This document shows positions 25,733 through 35,760 of a stretch of 60,309 bases of DNA, one piece after another (the first letter of the stretch is position 1; each line of letters starts with the position of its first letter). Source of the stretch: a virus; IMG/VR virus record IMGVR_UViG_3300048824_000144, positions 1 to 60,309 of that record. One strand, 5' to 3'. The translations under genes were made by a program, and so were the position numbers. The notes beneath the pieces were generated by a model, which was not told where the DNA came from, made no database searches, and saw only the letters and a program-made list of their open reading frames with translations.

Positions 25733-26663
25733 GTGGACCGACGAAACCTGGAACCCGGTCACGGGATGCGACAAGATCTCGCCCGGCTGCACTCGCTGCT
25801 ATGCCAAGGCGCTACACGACATGCGGCATAAGGCGTGGCTCAACGGGAAGAAAATGCCGGCGCAGTATTCCGTGCCCTTCGAGCAGGTGCAATGCTGGCC
25901 TGACCGCCTGGAGATTCCGCTCCACTGGCGCGCGCCCCGCCTGTGCTTCATCAACTCCATGGCCGATCTCTTCCACGAGGACGTGCCCTTCTCTTTCATT
26001 GCCAGTGTTCTGTACACCGTCGCGTGCACGCGAAGGATCACCTATCAGGCACTGACCAAGCGCGCCGACCGCATGCTGGAATATTTCCAGAGCTTTGCCC
26101 TGAAATCTCTGGCACCGCGCATGCCCCAGGCCAGCTCCTACGGGGGTCCCGCCGAAGTGTGGCGCTGGCCGCTGCCCAACTTCTGGCCCGGAGTCTCGGT
26201 CGAAAGCCGGCGCTATCTCTACCGTCTCGATCGCTTGCGCGAAGCGCCGGCGGCCGTCCGCATGGTGAGCTTCGAACCGCTGCTCGAGGATCTGGGCGAA
26301 GTCAATTTGCAGGGGATTGGCTGGGCAATTGCCGGAGGGGAAAGCGGCCGGGGCGCGCGTCCCATGCACCCCGATTGGGTGCGATCGCTGCGCGATCAGT
26401 GTGTTGCTGCCGGCGTCCCCTTCTTTTTCAAGCAGTGGGGCGAGTGGGGAAGTTATCAGGAGCGAGAGCATCCTGGCGGCGGAAAGGGCATGCTCGATCC
26501 GGGCTGGCGCGAGAAGGGCGGCGCTTACATGCTCCGCGTGGGCAAGAAGCACTCCGGCGCCGTGCTCGACGGCCGCGAGTGGCGCGAGTTCCCCAAACCC
26601 TATCCCGGTCACGAAGTGATCCGGCTGCAACGACAGAAAAAAAGAAAGGCGGTAGCGGCATGA
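25716..26663 (+). CDS. phage Gp37/Gp68 family (DUF5131) protein
   Basis: N-terminal signature [26 protein letters not shown]. Confidence 0.8.
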   Translation: MSTTIEWTDETWNPVTGCDKISPGCTRCYAKALHDMRHKAWLNGKKMPAQYSVPFEQVQCWPDRLEIPLHWRAPRLCFINSMADLFHEDVPFSFIASVLYTVACTRRITYQALTKRADRMLEYFQSFALKSLAPRMPQASSYGGPAEVWRWPLPNFWPGVSVESRRYLYRLDRLREAPAAVRMVSFEPLLEDLGEVNLQGIGWAIAGGESGRGARPMHPDWVRSLRDQCVAAGVPFFFKQWGEWGSYQEREHPGGGKGMLDPGWREKGGAYMLRVGKKHSGAVLDGREWREFPKPYPGHEVIRLQRQKKRKAVAA

Positions 26664-26911
26664 GCAGCAAAGACACACTCTTCGACAAAGTGCGCGAGAT
26701 CATCGTGCAGCAACTCGGGGTTGACGAATCAGACGTAACGCCAACCGCAAAATTCGTGGACGACCTGGGTGCGGACTCGCTCGACACCGTGGAGCTGGTG
26801 ATGGAGTTCGAGGAAAAATTCGAGATCATCATCGGCGACGAGGACGCGGAAAGAATCGTCACCGTGCAGGACGCGGTGGACTATCTGCGGAGGAAGGTCA
26901 AGGCGGCATGA
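26660..26911 (+). CDS. acyl carrier protein
   Basis: 83 aa; [19 protein letters not shown] phosphopantetheine-attachment motif (DSL); ATGA overlap with the DUF5131 gene. Confidence 0.8.
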   Translation: MSSKDTLFDKVREIIVQQLGVDESDVTPTAKFVDDLGADSLDTVELVMEFEEKFEIIIGDEDAERIVTVQDAVDYLRRKVKAA

Positions 26912-27138
26912 TCTTCGAAGTCGAAGTCAAAACCGAGGGCGAGAAGCTGCAGCGCGGCGATCTGTTCTACGAAAAGCGCCGTCTGCTGCGTGTGGAGCGC
27001 ATAGGTAAGCCGCGTGGCAAGGAGCGCCGGTTCACGGTGAAGTTCCGGCTCATCGGGAAAATCAATCTCGACCGCCAGATGCGGAGCGACCGCACCTTCG
27101 TGCCGAGGACGAGGCGCCAGAGGAGCGTGGCGTGCTAG
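26908..27138 (+). CDS. hypothetical basic protein
   Basis: 76 aa, coupled to the ACP stop. Confidence 0.55.
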   Translation: MIFEVEVKTEGEKLQRGDLFYEKRRLLRVERIGKPRGKERRFTVKFRLIGKINLDRQMRSDRTFVPRTRRQRSVAC

Positions 27139-27233
27139 GGATTCGAGCATGAAGAAATGCAGCACTCCAAAATGCCGGCGGAAGCCCACTGGACGCCGGC
27201 GATGGATGAGCAGGTCCGCACCAGCTTTGGTTC

Positions 27234-27335
27234 ATGGATCTGCTGACCAACGACCAGGCCAATCATTTAGAGGCGATGCGCGAACGCGGACGCCCCAGAC
27301 ATTTTCTCGACAAAGCGGCGGAGGCAGCAGCGTGA
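27234..27335 (+). CDS. possible 33-aa protein
   Basis: MDLLTNDQANHLEAMRERGRPRHFLDKAAEAAA; its stop overlaps the next GTG start. Confidence 0.3.
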   Translation: MDLLTNDQANHLEAMRERGRPRHFLDKAAEAAA

Positions 27336-27571
27336 GTCTGTTTCAGTGTTCCAAGTGCGGCGGGCGCGAGAACACGGCGCTATCCGAGGGCGGCTATCTC
27401 GCCCACAGGATCGCGCCGGAAGAACTCGTCAAGAAGGGGCTCGATCCCAACGGCGAGTATTGCAGCGCGTGTTTTACCGGCAAGTGGCACGGGCGATTTC
27501 CGCAGGAATTCTATCCGCTCGGTTCGATGGAGATGGACCGCGACGGCAATCTCAGACGGAGGCAAACATGA
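27332..27571 (+). CDS. zinc-ribbon protein
   Basis: 79 aa from GTG 27332 with GGAGG RBS; CSKC...CSAC. Confidence 0.55.
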   Translation: MSLFQCSKCGGRENTALSEGGYLAHRIAPEELVKKGLDPNGEYCSACFTGKWHGRFPQEFYPLGSMEMDRDGNLRRRQT

Positions 27572-27954
27572 GCACCATGGCCCGTCCCGCGCTAACGCCA
27601 GCTTCCGTCGCCGGCCTGCTGGGCGGCTTCCGCATCCGCTTTGCCGACGAGGGCGATGTGCAGCTGGCCATCGCCGAAATTCTGGACCGCGGCCGCATCG
27701 CCTACCAGCGGGAATTCCGGTTGACCGCGCGGGATCGCCTCGACTTCCTGCTGACCGATTCCAGCATCGCCATTGAAATCAAAATCAAGGGCCGCACGGC
27801 GGAGGTCCTCCGCCAGCTCGAACGCTACGCGGGACACGAATTCATCGCCGGGCTGGTGCTGGTTACCACCCGCCGGCTGCAGGCGGCGCAGATGCCCGAT
27901 TCCCTGAATGGCAAAGCCCTGGCCGTCGCCCTGATCGGAGGCCTAGGGCTATGA
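27568..27954 (+). CDS. PD-(D/E)xK (VRR-NUC-like) nuclease candidate
   Basis: RDRLDFLL...IAIEIKIKG resembles a D...E-x-K core; sits directly upstream of the SNF2 helicase, as VRR-NUC genes do in many phages. Confidence 0.5.
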   Translation: MSTMARPALTPASVAGLLGGFRIRFADEGDVQLAIAEILDRGRIAYQREFRLTARDRLDFLLTDSSIAIEIKIKGRTAEVLRQLERYAGHEFIAGLVLVTTRRLQAAQMPDSLNGKALAVALIGGLGL

Positions 27955-29741
27955 CGCCCGCGACCATCTCCAGCTTCGGCAAAATCGCTTTTGTGCCTGC
28001 GCTGGGGTGGATGATTTCCACTCAGCCCCACGTCGCGCTGCGCCTCAAGCGCATCTTCCCCAAAATCTCTCCGCAACGGCAGGGCTGGCTCCAGCTCTCC
28101 GACACTCCGGAGAACGCCCGCGAGATCGAATGGTTTCTCGAACGCTATCCCCACCAGGTCGAGGACGCGGTAAGGCGGCGTCTCAAGAAGCGATCGCGCG
28201 AGCATCGCGAGAAAGAGGCGCTGGTCGCGCGCATGCTGGCCGGGATCGTGGACGCCATCGCCTACCCGATGGCCGAGCCGCCGCGCCCGTATCAGATCAC
28301 CGCCGCCGAATTATGGAAGGTGAGCGGCGGACTGCTTCTGGCCGACGATCTGGGCAGCGGCAAAAGCATCACCGCCATTACCGGCATCGTGGATCCCCGC
28401 CTGCAGCCCGCGTTGATCGTGTGCTATCCCCATCTCACCCGGCAGTTTCTAAAGTTTTTCAGGCGATTCGCACCCCATTTGAACGTCCACATCCTGCAAA
28501 AAGGAACGCCGTACGATCTCACCGGCCGCTTCCACGTCATCCGCGGCGACCGCTTGGTCTGCCTGCGAGGCGACGGACTGCCCCAGGTGATCATCACCAA
28601 CTATGAGAAGCTGACCGGCTGGGCGGGAACGCTCGCTCCCCTGCTGAAAAGCGTGGTCTGGGATGAATGCCAGGAGCTTCGCCATCCCGGCACCAACAAA
28701 TATTTCGCGGCCAAGACGATTGCCGATGCGGTCGAGTTCCGCATGGGCGCCAGCCACACCCCCATGCACAACTACGGGATCGAGATGTGGAACGTCTACC
28801 AGTGCATCGACGACGAAGTGCTGGGCAGCCGCGAAGAATTTTCGACGGAATGGTGCGGCGGCCGCGGCGAAGTGGTGAAGCAGCCGAGGGCGCTGGGCAG
28901 CTACCTGCGACGCTCCGGGACCTTTCTCCGGCGCACCCGCAAGGAACTCAAGATTGAGTTGCCGCCGGCGCAGAGCATCGTCGAAACCATCGAAACCGAT
29001 TCCGATCTTCTGGAACGCGAAACCGTGTCGTGTGCGGACCTCGCCCGCACCATCCTGGCGGCCGGAGAAAGCCGCAAGGGACGGAAGATGCAGGCTGCGG
29101 GCGAATTTGACATGCGGCTGCGCCAGGCCACCGGCATCGCCAAAGCGCCCTATGTGGCGGCGTTTGTGCGCATGCTGCTCGAAACCGGGGACGAGGACGA
29201 AAAGGTGCTGGTCGCCTGCTGGCATCGCCGGGTCTACGACATCCTCATGCAACTGCTGGCCGAGTTCCATCCCACCATGTACACCGGCAGCGAGACTCCG
29301 TCCCAGAAGGCGCGGAACCTGGGCGAATTTATTAGCGGGAAATCGCGCGTGATGCTGATGTCGCTGCGCGCCGGCGCCGGGACCGACGGCATCCAGCGAG
29401 CGTGTTCCCTGGGAGTGGTGGCGGAGCTGGATTGGTGTCCGGCGGTGCACGAGCAGTTCGGCGGCCGCCTCGACCGCGATGGCCAGCTCTGGCCGGTTTT
29501 CCTGTACTTCCTGGTCGCGGAAGAAGGCAGCGACCCCACCGTCGCCGACGTCGCCGGCGTCAAGGCGCAACAGCTCACCGGCATCCGCGATCCCGACGCG
29601 GAGATGATCGAGGAGCTACAGCTCGATCCCAATCATGTGAAGAAGCTGGCGGAGGCGTTCCTCAAAGGCCGCAGCGCAAAGACCAGCGGGCCGCCGTCAG
29701 TGATCGGCCATCCCGTCAGCACGGAAGAGGCAACCGCGTGA
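27951..29741 (+). CDS. SNF2-family helicase
   Basis: 596 aa; motif I LADDLGSGKS, motif II DECQELRH, helicase-C LMSLRAGAGTDGIQ. Confidence 0.85.
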   Translation: MTPATISSFGKIAFVPALGWMISTQPHVALRLKRIFPKISPQRQGWLQLSDTPENAREIEWFLERYPHQVEDAVRRRLKKRSREHREKEALVARMLAGIVDAIAYPMAEPPRPYQITAAELWKVSGGLLLADDLGSGKSITAITGIVDPRLQPALIVCYPHLTRQFLKFFRRFAPHLNVHILQKGTPYDLTGRFHVIRGDRLVCLRGDGLPQVIITNYEKLTGWAGTLAPLLKSVVWDECQELRHPGTNKYFAAKTIADAVEFRMGASHTPMHNYGIEMWNVYQCIDDEVLGSREEFSTEWCGGRGEVVKQPRALGSYLRRSGTFLRRTRKELKIELPPAQSIVETIETDSDLLERETVSCADLARTILAAGESRKGRKMQAAGEFDMRLRQATGIAKAPYVAAFVRMLLETGDEDEKVLVACWHRRVYDILMQLLAEFHPTMYTGSETPSQKARNLGEFISGKSRVMLMSLRAGAGTDGIQRACSLGVVAELDWCPAVHEQFGGRLDRDGQLWPVFLYFLVAEEGSDPTVADVAGVKAQQLTGIRDPDAEMIEELQLDPNHVKKLAEAFLKGRSAKTSGPPSVIGHPVSTEEATA

Positions 29742-29950
29742 AGCATTTCGCCGAAGACACCGCCGGGCGTTCGCCGCACGACGGAGCCGCCGCGTCCTTC
29801 GAGGAAATCGGCCGCGCTCTGGGCATCACGCGCGGCGGCGCGTGGATGCTGTATCAGAACGCGCTTCGCAAACTCCGCCATCCCTGCAATGCGGCCGCTT
29901 TGCGCCGGCTGCAGGAGTTGTGCGATCTCAAACTCAGGAGAGAGCTGTGA
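29738..29950 (+). CDS. sigma-70 region-4-like HTH protein
   Basis: 70 aa from GTG overlapping the helicase stop; SFEEIGRALGITRGGAWMLYQNALRKLR. Confidence 0.5.
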   Translation: MKHFAEDTAGRSPHDGAAASFEEIGRALGITRGGAWMLYQNALRKLRHPCNAAALRRLQELCDLKLRREL

Positions 29951-29952
29951 GC

Positions 29953-31368
29953 ATGAAGGGCAAAGGCACGCCCTGGTCGGCCGAGGAGGAAGCGCGTTTG
30001 CGCGAAGTCTACCCGTTCGCTATGACGCGCGATATCGCCCCGCAGTTCGGGCGTTCGGCGCATGCCGTAAAGAGCCGCGCCCTGGTGCTCCGCCTTATGA
30101 AGGCGAAGCAGCGCAAGGAGTGGACCGCCGCCGATGCGTGGATGCTTCGCGCCTTCTATCCGCACCTTCGCAACGACATCCTCGCGCGGCGCCTGGGATG
30201 CACCGTGTTTGCGCTCTACCGGCGCGCCCACCAGCTCGGGCTGCACAAGAGCCAGATCTTCCTCGACGGCCCAGACTCCGGACGCACGCGGCCGGGAGAC
30301 ACGCGGGGCGCTGCCCGCCGCTTCCAAAAAGGCCATGTCTCGCAGAACAAAGGCCTCCGGCGTCCCGGATATTTTCGCGGCCGCATGCGCGAGACGCAGT
30401 TCCGCAAAGGCCAGCGCCCGCACAACGAGATGCCGCTGTGGAGCTTCCGGTTTAATTCCATGGGCTACCTCATGCTCAAAACCGGGAAGCCGGCCCCGAA
30501 GCCCAACGACGGCTGGGAGTGGGTTCACAAGCTGGTCTGGGAGCAGGCCCACGGTCCCGTTCCAGCCGACTGCCGTATCTGGTGGAAGGACCGCGATCAC
30601 GGAAACTGCGCCCTCTCGAATCTGGAGCTGGTTTCCGATGCCGAGCACATGAAGCGCACTACCATCCACAATTTCCCCGAGCTGAGAGCAGCGATCTTCT
30701 CGCGCCGGGTCTACCGGCCCAATGTTGAGACTCTGCGCCGCCACATGCGGAAGTTCCAGCATAAGACCTATGGGCAGCCCCTGAGCGCGGCCGATCTGGA
30801 GTTTCTCGCGTTACCCCGCCGCGCGAAGTGTTCCGAGAAAGCCTGTCCCTTCCCACATGCGGACGGCAGCGCCAAGTGCCGCTATCACGAGCATTTTTTC
30901 GAGTTCAAGTGGTCGATGGAATGGCGGGCGCTCGATCGCGGCGATGTCTACGGCACGGGCGACATCCCGATCCCCCTGTTCACTTCGATGCCGGGTTGGG
31001 AGATTCCGTACTCTCACGAGCGCACGGTTTTTGAACACAACGGAGAGCGGGATAGGGGACGGAAGTTGAGCGATACGTGGTGGCGCGAGCAGGTCATCAA
31101 GGCTGAAGAAGCCCCTGCTCCAAATAGTCAGCACACGGGGGCCTTCGTTCTCTTTAAGGGTTTCGGCAAGAGAAAAATTCGCAAGGTTCAGCGCAAGCGC
31201 GCCCAACAGGCCGGCTGGCACGGCCACCATCCAGAGCAAAAGCCTCGGGACAGTTTCTCTCGTGACACGCTGGAGGACCTGCCTCGGCCACAGGACGCGG
31301 AAGATCAGCAAGATCAGCAGAACGAGGACGTCTATCTTGACGCCGGGTTCACTCCGCTGTACCCCTGA
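29953..31368 (+). CDS. HNH endonuclease with Myb/SANT-like N-terminal repeats
   Basis: WEWVHKLVWEQAHGPVP...WWKDRDHGNCALSNLELVSDAEH (HNH_3-type); two W-x-EE..L...YP repeats at the N-terminus. Confidence 0.7.
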   Translation: MKGKGTPWSAEEEARLREVYPFAMTRDIAPQFGRSAHAVKSRALVLRLMKAKQRKEWTAADAWMLRAFYPHLRNDILARRLGCTVFALYRRAHQLGLHKSQIFLDGPDSGRTRPGDTRGAARRFQKGHVSQNKGLRRPGYFRGRMRETQFRKGQRPHNEMPLWSFRFNSMGYLMLKTGKPAPKPNDGWEWVHKLVWEQAHGPVPADCRIWWKDRDHGNCALSNLELVSDAEHMKRTTIHNFPELRAAIFSRRVYRPNVETLRRHMRKFQHKTYGQPLSAADLEFLALPRRAKCSEKACPFPHADGSAKCRYHEHFFEFKWSMEWRALDRGDVYGTGDIPIPLFTSMPGWEIPYSHERTVFEHNGERDRGRKLSDTWWREQVIKAEEAPAPNSQHTGAFVLFKGFGKRKIRKVQRKRAQQAGWHGHHPEQKPRDSFSRDTLEDLPRPQDAEDQQDQQNEDVYLDAGFTPLYP

Positions 31369-31455
31369 AAGATCGGTTTTCCACAAGCAGCTACGACCAA
31401 AAGACACGTTGCCAGCAGGTGGCTTTTCTGCTAAAGATCAGGCGCGAGGTGATCC

Positions 31456-31689
31456 TTGATTCACAAATTCCCCGAACTGGCCGGACGAACGATCGCCAGC
31501 GCCGAAGTGCGCCTGGGCAACCCCGATACCACCGAACCCGACGAAGTGGAACTGCGCTTCACCGACGACACCATCCAGATTTTCGAGGTCCGTCCCAGGC
31601 TGCCTGAGTTTTCCCACTACCTACGGGTCGCGGACCAGGAACCCCTGCCCGATCCCGTGCCTCTCCCGCGCACCAACGGCGACACTTAA
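31456..31689 (+). CDS. hypothetical protein
   Basis: 77 aa, TTG start, acidic. Confidence 0.45.
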   Translation: MIHKFPELAGRTIASAEVRLGNPDTTEPDEVELRFTDDTIQIFEVRPRLPEFSHYLRVADQEPLPDPVPLPRTNGDT

Positions 31690-31738
31690 AAAGCGGGCGA
31701 GGCTGCTATATTCGGGGATTGGGTGAGGCTCCCCCACC

Positions 31739-32173
31739 TTGGAAAACGGCACCGACTGCCGCATCAGTGGATGGAAAGAGATCGCCGCCTTTCTCAATTG
31801 CTCGATCAGCACCGCGCAACGCTGGGAACGGCTGGAAGGTCTGCCCGTCCATCATCACGCTCACGCCGCCCGAGCCACCCCTTACCTGGTCCCGGTTGAA
31901 GTGAATTTCTGGCGCAGCGCCCGCGAGCTGCGAAACGGCAATGGGGAACGCGCGGATGCGGGCGTGCTCCGCCAGGCGGCGGCGCTGGCCGTGCACGTCG
32001 AGGTCCTGCGCGCCGCCCCCATCGAAGCCCTGGCCCTCTGGTGCCGCATGGCCCGCAAGCAGAGCTTCGAAATGTATCTGCGGCATCAGGCCCAGCAACA
32101 GCGCAGCCGGCGCGTGCTGGTCCATTCCCGCGGGCTGCTGGAACTCCTTCGGATACGCATTCCCAGGATGTGA
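31739..32173 (+). CDS. HTH protein candidate
   Basis: ISGWKEIAAFLNCSISTAQRWERLEGLPV HTH at the N-terminus; the C-terminal half is less convincing. Confidence 0.45.
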   Translation: MENGTDCRISGWKEIAAFLNCSISTAQRWERLEGLPVHHHAHAARATPYLVPVEVNFWRSARELRNGNGERADAGVLRQAAALAVHVEVLRAAPIEALALWCRMARKQSFEMYLRHQAQQQRSRRVLVHSRGLLELLRIRIPRM

Positions 32174-32301
32174 CGCCTGATAACGCTTGCCCGCGCAACT
32201 CAGCGGCGCTAGGTTTTCCACACGCACCAACGGCAATCTGTGGATTATGTCCGAAACCAGGACACTCTCCGCTCTTGATTTTTTCGCGGATTTTTGAAAA
32301 A

Positions 32302-32600
32302 TTATTCCGAAAGGTTCCACTGGCAGCGGTCGACGTAGTTGTCGGAATACTGCACCAGGCCGGGGGTTCCGCGCCATTGGATCCCCGGATCGCCCGGAGA
32401 CAGCTTGAGCAGCGCGGGGCTATTCAGCAGGCCCTGCGGGATGCCGGCGCCGCTACCGACGTCGTCGAAGGTGGCTACGTGCAGGATTCGGCAGTTGCAG
32501 AAGCCGAGGCCGAGCTTGCTCCTATTCCGGCCTGAACATCAATGGCACCAACCTCAACACCGGGTTCGTGGGAGTGGTCAAAAGTGAACAGACCGGCCAT
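32302..32600 (-). pseudogene. degenerate minus-strand gene remnant
   Basis: two coding-looking frames (MAGLFTFDHSHEPGVEVGAIDVQAGIG... and ...LGFCNCRILHVATFDDVGSGAGIPQGLLNSPALLKLSPGDPGIQW...NYVDRCQWNLSE) that cannot be joined without a frameshift; the second has no start. Confidence 0.25.
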
Positions 32601-32839
32601 GGCCGGCAGCGTACAAAGGAGGCGCGCCCCACGCGTGCCGCTTGGATTACTGGCTTATCCAGCGGGTTAACTATGCGCCGCGCCGCGCAGCCGGCAATCT
32701 TCCGGAGAGCCCAGCAAGGGGGGTTTTCCTGTTTGATGTCCTGTTACTTCCTCCCGGTCTGGTGGAGAGTGTCGGCTGCGGGGCGCGTCGTTTTGCCCTG
32801 ATTCTGAAAATCGCAAAGGAAAGAGGCTCTGAAAACACC

Positions 32840-33139
32840 ATGAACACGAACCCGGTTAAACAATACTCCGCCAAGCTGGAATTGCCCAACGGTTTCACGG
32901 GCGAGCTGACCGCGCCCGATCCCAACATCCTCAAAGAAACCATTCAGCGCATCCTCAACGGAGGCTCGCGCATCGAGCCCGTGGCCGGCCAGACCGACGT
33001 TCTCGCCGTGTATCACACCTCGTTCGACGGCGGCAAAACGCCAGTCACCCTCATCTCGGCGGTTTGGGTGGCGGAGCACCTGAGCAACAAGGCGCTCATA
33101 TCGGCGAGAGACGAGCAACGCCGACTACAAGCCGCCTAA
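32840..33139 (+). CDS. hypothetical protein
   Basis: 99 aa from ATG 32840 with AAGGAAAGAGG RBS. Confidence 0.55.
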   Translation: MNTNPVKQYSAKLELPNGFTGELTAPDPNILKETIQRILNGGSRIEPVAGQTDVLAVYHTSFDGGKTPVTLISAVWVAEHLSNKALISARDEQRRLQAA

Positions 33140-33270
33140 CCTTCCGACCATCCAGCCTCCGGCGCTCCTGGGGGAGGGCCGCCGGAGGCAGGTTGCCTGC
33201 TCTCAGAACTTCGGTAACTACCGGGGAGTGCCTTTCGGCTGGGAAAATCGGGCATCTGTGGAGTGTTTTC

Positions 33271-33735
33271 ATGTCCAACCTCAATTTCGAGGCTTGGCTT
33301 GCGACCCTGAGTTTGGATGCAGCTCATTCTGATCTCTGTCCCAACCTTGCCTACATACCCATCCGCCAGCTTCGGCGGCTGTGGCGGGAAGACTGTCCGC
33401 CCGGCGCCGAGGCCATCAGCGCGCACCAATGGAAGAAACGTGCGCCGCGCGCGGTCCGCCCGCTGGTAGGGGTCAGCACCGAAAGGCTGATCGCCGAGGC
33501 CCAGCGGCGCGGAATATCGCTGCTGCAGCTCAAGCCGGCCCCTGAATCCCGCCGTGCCCGCATGAAGCGGGAGATGGCGGCCCGCGGCCACACCGATGCG
33601 GCGCGCTTGAGCACGGCCCGCTCCGATCAGGACCAGGAGATGGACCGCCGCGCCGTCGACCAGAGTGAGGGCGGCGAACGCGGCAAGCGGAAGCCGCGAA
33701 AAAGCGACGATGACTCTCCCGAAAACGAGGGATAA
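33271..33735 (+). CDS. hypothetical protein with charged C-terminus
   Basis: 154 aa from ATG 33271; last gene of the plus-strand block. Confidence 0.55.
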   Translation: MSNLNFEAWLATLSLDAAHSDLCPNLAYIPIRQLRRLWREDCPPGAEAISAHQWKKRAPRAVRPLVGVSTERLIAEAQRRGISLLQLKPAPESRRARMKREMAARGHTDAARLSTARSDQDQEMDRRAVDQSEGGERGKRKPRKSDDDSPENEG

Positions 33736-33741
33736 ATAAAC

Positions 33742-33781
33742 GGGCGGTGAGTTCCATTCCTCTCGGAGTGGATCACCGCCC
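33742..33781. terminator. hairpin at the convergence of the plus and minus blocks
   Basis: GGGCGGTGA - 22 nt - TCACCGCCC; flanked by two copies of CGCTTTGCGCGATG (33781, 33850). Confidence 0.35.
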
Positions 33782-33863
33782 GCTTTGCGCGATGGGGACT
33801 TTCTAGCGTTCCCGGTTTTCCGCAAGATGGCTTGCGAGTCACCGGAACGCGCTTTGCGCGATG

Positions 33864-34853
33864 CTAAGTGCCAGTGGCGGCGGTCGCCGTCTCTGGCTCT
33901 TGTTCTTTCTCCGGCAGCTTCGCCTTGGCCCTCGCCGCCTCCATCGTGAAGTGGACGATGTAGGCGCTCAAGCTGACTCCGGTAGCCTTCGCCGCCTTCG
34001 CCACAATCCCCTTCTGAGTCGGGTTGGCGAAGCGGGTGAAGTTGCGCCGGTCATATTCCGACGATCCCTCGCTCGGCTTCTTTTCGCCCTTTTCCCGGCT
34101 TTGCGGAGGAACGGCGCGCGGTTTCAGTTCCATCTTCTTGCCGGCCTGGGCCGCTTCCAGCGCGAAATGCGCGCTGTAGGCGCTCAAGCTGTTGGCCTTG
34201 GCTACGTCGGCGGCTTTCGCGGCGAGTTCCTTGTCGGCGGCAGTCTCGAAGCGGACGAACACCCCGATGCGTCCCGCATCGCTGGCGGCGTGGCCGGCTT
34301 TGACCAGCGGCCGAGCTTTCGCGACGGTCTTTTTCGCGGGCTTCTTGGCAATGGCCTTCTTCGCAACAGCCTTCTTGCCAGCGGCCTTCTTCCCAACCGC
34401 CTTCCGCGCGGTAACTTTCGGGGCCTTGCGGGCGGGCGCGGCCTTCCCGATCTTGCTCTTCGGCTTGGCCTTCGATTTTGCCTTAGCGGTTTTTGAGCCG
34501 GCGGCTTTCGCAGCGAGCTTGGTCTTGCGGGTTTTTGGTTTCATGGCCAGCAGATTACCGCCGATCCGTTCCGGCACGCAAGCAAAATCTTCGCTTGCCA
34601 CCGGCTGGCTTCCGCCCCGCTCCCGTTCTGGGAAGAAGATCGAGCTGCCCAACTCGCCCAGCATCAGCTTCCGCAGGTTGGCGAGGCAGAAGTCGCAATC
34701 GACGCACTGCAGCGGCCCGCTGCGTCCCGAAGCCATGTGGCCGTGGCACTTGGGACAGCGGCAGTTGCGCTCGTACTCGCGCACCCGCGCGACCAGCACA
34801 TCCGCGAGATCCTCGATCCCCGCCGGCATCGGCTTTTTCTCGCCCGGCCTCAT
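33864..34853 (-). CDS. zinc-ribbon / histone-H1-like Lys-Ala repeat / double ribbon-helix-helix-like protein
   Basis: CRCPKC...CVDC; about 90 aa of AKKA/KAAGKK repeats; two SLSAY..HF..EAA modules resembling RHH DNA-binding domains. Confidence 0.7.
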   Translation of the reverse strand: MRPGEKKPMPAGIEDLADVLVARVREYERNCRCPKCHGHMASGRSGPLQCVDCDFCLANLRKLMLGELGSSIFFPERERGGSQPVASEDFACVPERIGGNLLAMKPKTRKTKLAAKAAGSKTAKAKSKAKPKSKIGKAAPARKAPKVTARKAVGKKAAGKKAVAKKAIAKKPAKKTVAKARPLVKAGHAASDAGRIGVFVRFETAADKELAAKAADVAKANSLSAYSAHFALEAAQAGKKMELKPRAVPPQSREKGEKKPSEGSSEYDRRNFTRFANPTQKGIVAKAAKATGVSLSAYIVHFTMEAARAKAKLPEKEQEPETATAATGT

Positions 34854-35377
34854 TGCGCCTTCACCGGAACGACCTTCGGAACCAGAAGGCTGCGCGCATA
34901 CTGCAGCGAGACGCAACTGCCGCGAGTGTCGCGGCCGTACCACTCCGGCCCCCGACGTTTCCGCCGCTTGCGATGGTACATGGCGCAGAATTTGTCTCCC
35001 AGCACCGCATGAAAGGTTTCCCAGATTTCCCGGAGCCGGCGGTCGGCCGGAGGTTCAACGATGTCATCGACGTGGCGCTGCCACTCCGCGTCGTAGCGAT
35101 CGGAGAGACGGGAATCCCGCATCGCCTCCCACGCTTCCAGGTCATCCAGCCACCGGCGTTCGTGGACCGCCATCTCCCAAAGCACCTGAAAGGGATCAAG
35201 TTCCGCATCGCAGTCGCGGCAGGAGACGATGCGCTTCTCCTCATTCACCGACACTCGGGGATGACGGCAGGACTGATAGCCGGCGCGCACCGTCCCCAGC
35301 AATGGCTCACGCTTCTTGCGCGTGAACTCAATCAGGTTCGACGACAAAGGATCGGGAGTCTCGTCTTTGACGATCAT
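34850..35377 (-). CDS. zinc-finger-like hypothetical protein
   Basis: 175 aa from ATG 35377 (ATGA overlap); SCRH...SCRDC. Confidence 0.65.
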   Translation of the reverse strand: MIVKDETPDPLSSNLIEFTRKKREPLLGTVRAGYQSCRHPRVSVNEEKRIVSCRDCDAELDPFQVLWEMAVHERRWLDDLEAWEAMRDSRLSDRYDAEWQRHVDDIVEPPADRRLREIWETFHAVLGDKFCAMYHRKRRKRRGPEWYGRDTRGSCVSLQYARSLLVPKVVPVKAQ

Positions 35378-35760
35378 CCCGTTAGCAGGATCAGGCCGCC
35401 TTCCCACGGAGCCGGATCCGGAACGTCGTAGAGAGCGATGAAGGCATGGAGCACGCCGGGAATATTCAGCGAGGGGTTCAGCACCCACAGGCCGGGCGCG
35501 ATGCGGTCGACGCCAAACTCCACCAGCTCGCCGGCCAGCATCTTCGGGCCCTCTCTTGAGATCGAGATTCGCAACGGCGCGGAGCGGCGTTCGAAGCGCA
35601 AGAGCAAGTCGCTGCCCTCGTCGCTGAAAATCAAATCAGGGTCGAAGAGCGGGCCGGAGCGCACATAGCGGAAGAAGGCGACACCGCACGTCGCGGCGGG
35701 ATCGCCCAGAATTTCGGTTGCCTTATCGCGCCAGGCCTGCAGCTCGGCAAGTGTCCTCAT
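35374..35760 (-). CDS. hypothetical protein
   Basis: 128 aa, balanced composition. Confidence 0.65.
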   Translation of the reverse strand: MRTLAELQAWRDKATEILGDPAATCGVAFFRYVRSGPLFDPDLIFSDEGSDLLLRFERRSAPLRISISREGPKMLAGELVEFGVDRIAPGLWVLNPSLNIPGVLHAFIALYDVPDPAPWEGGLILLTG

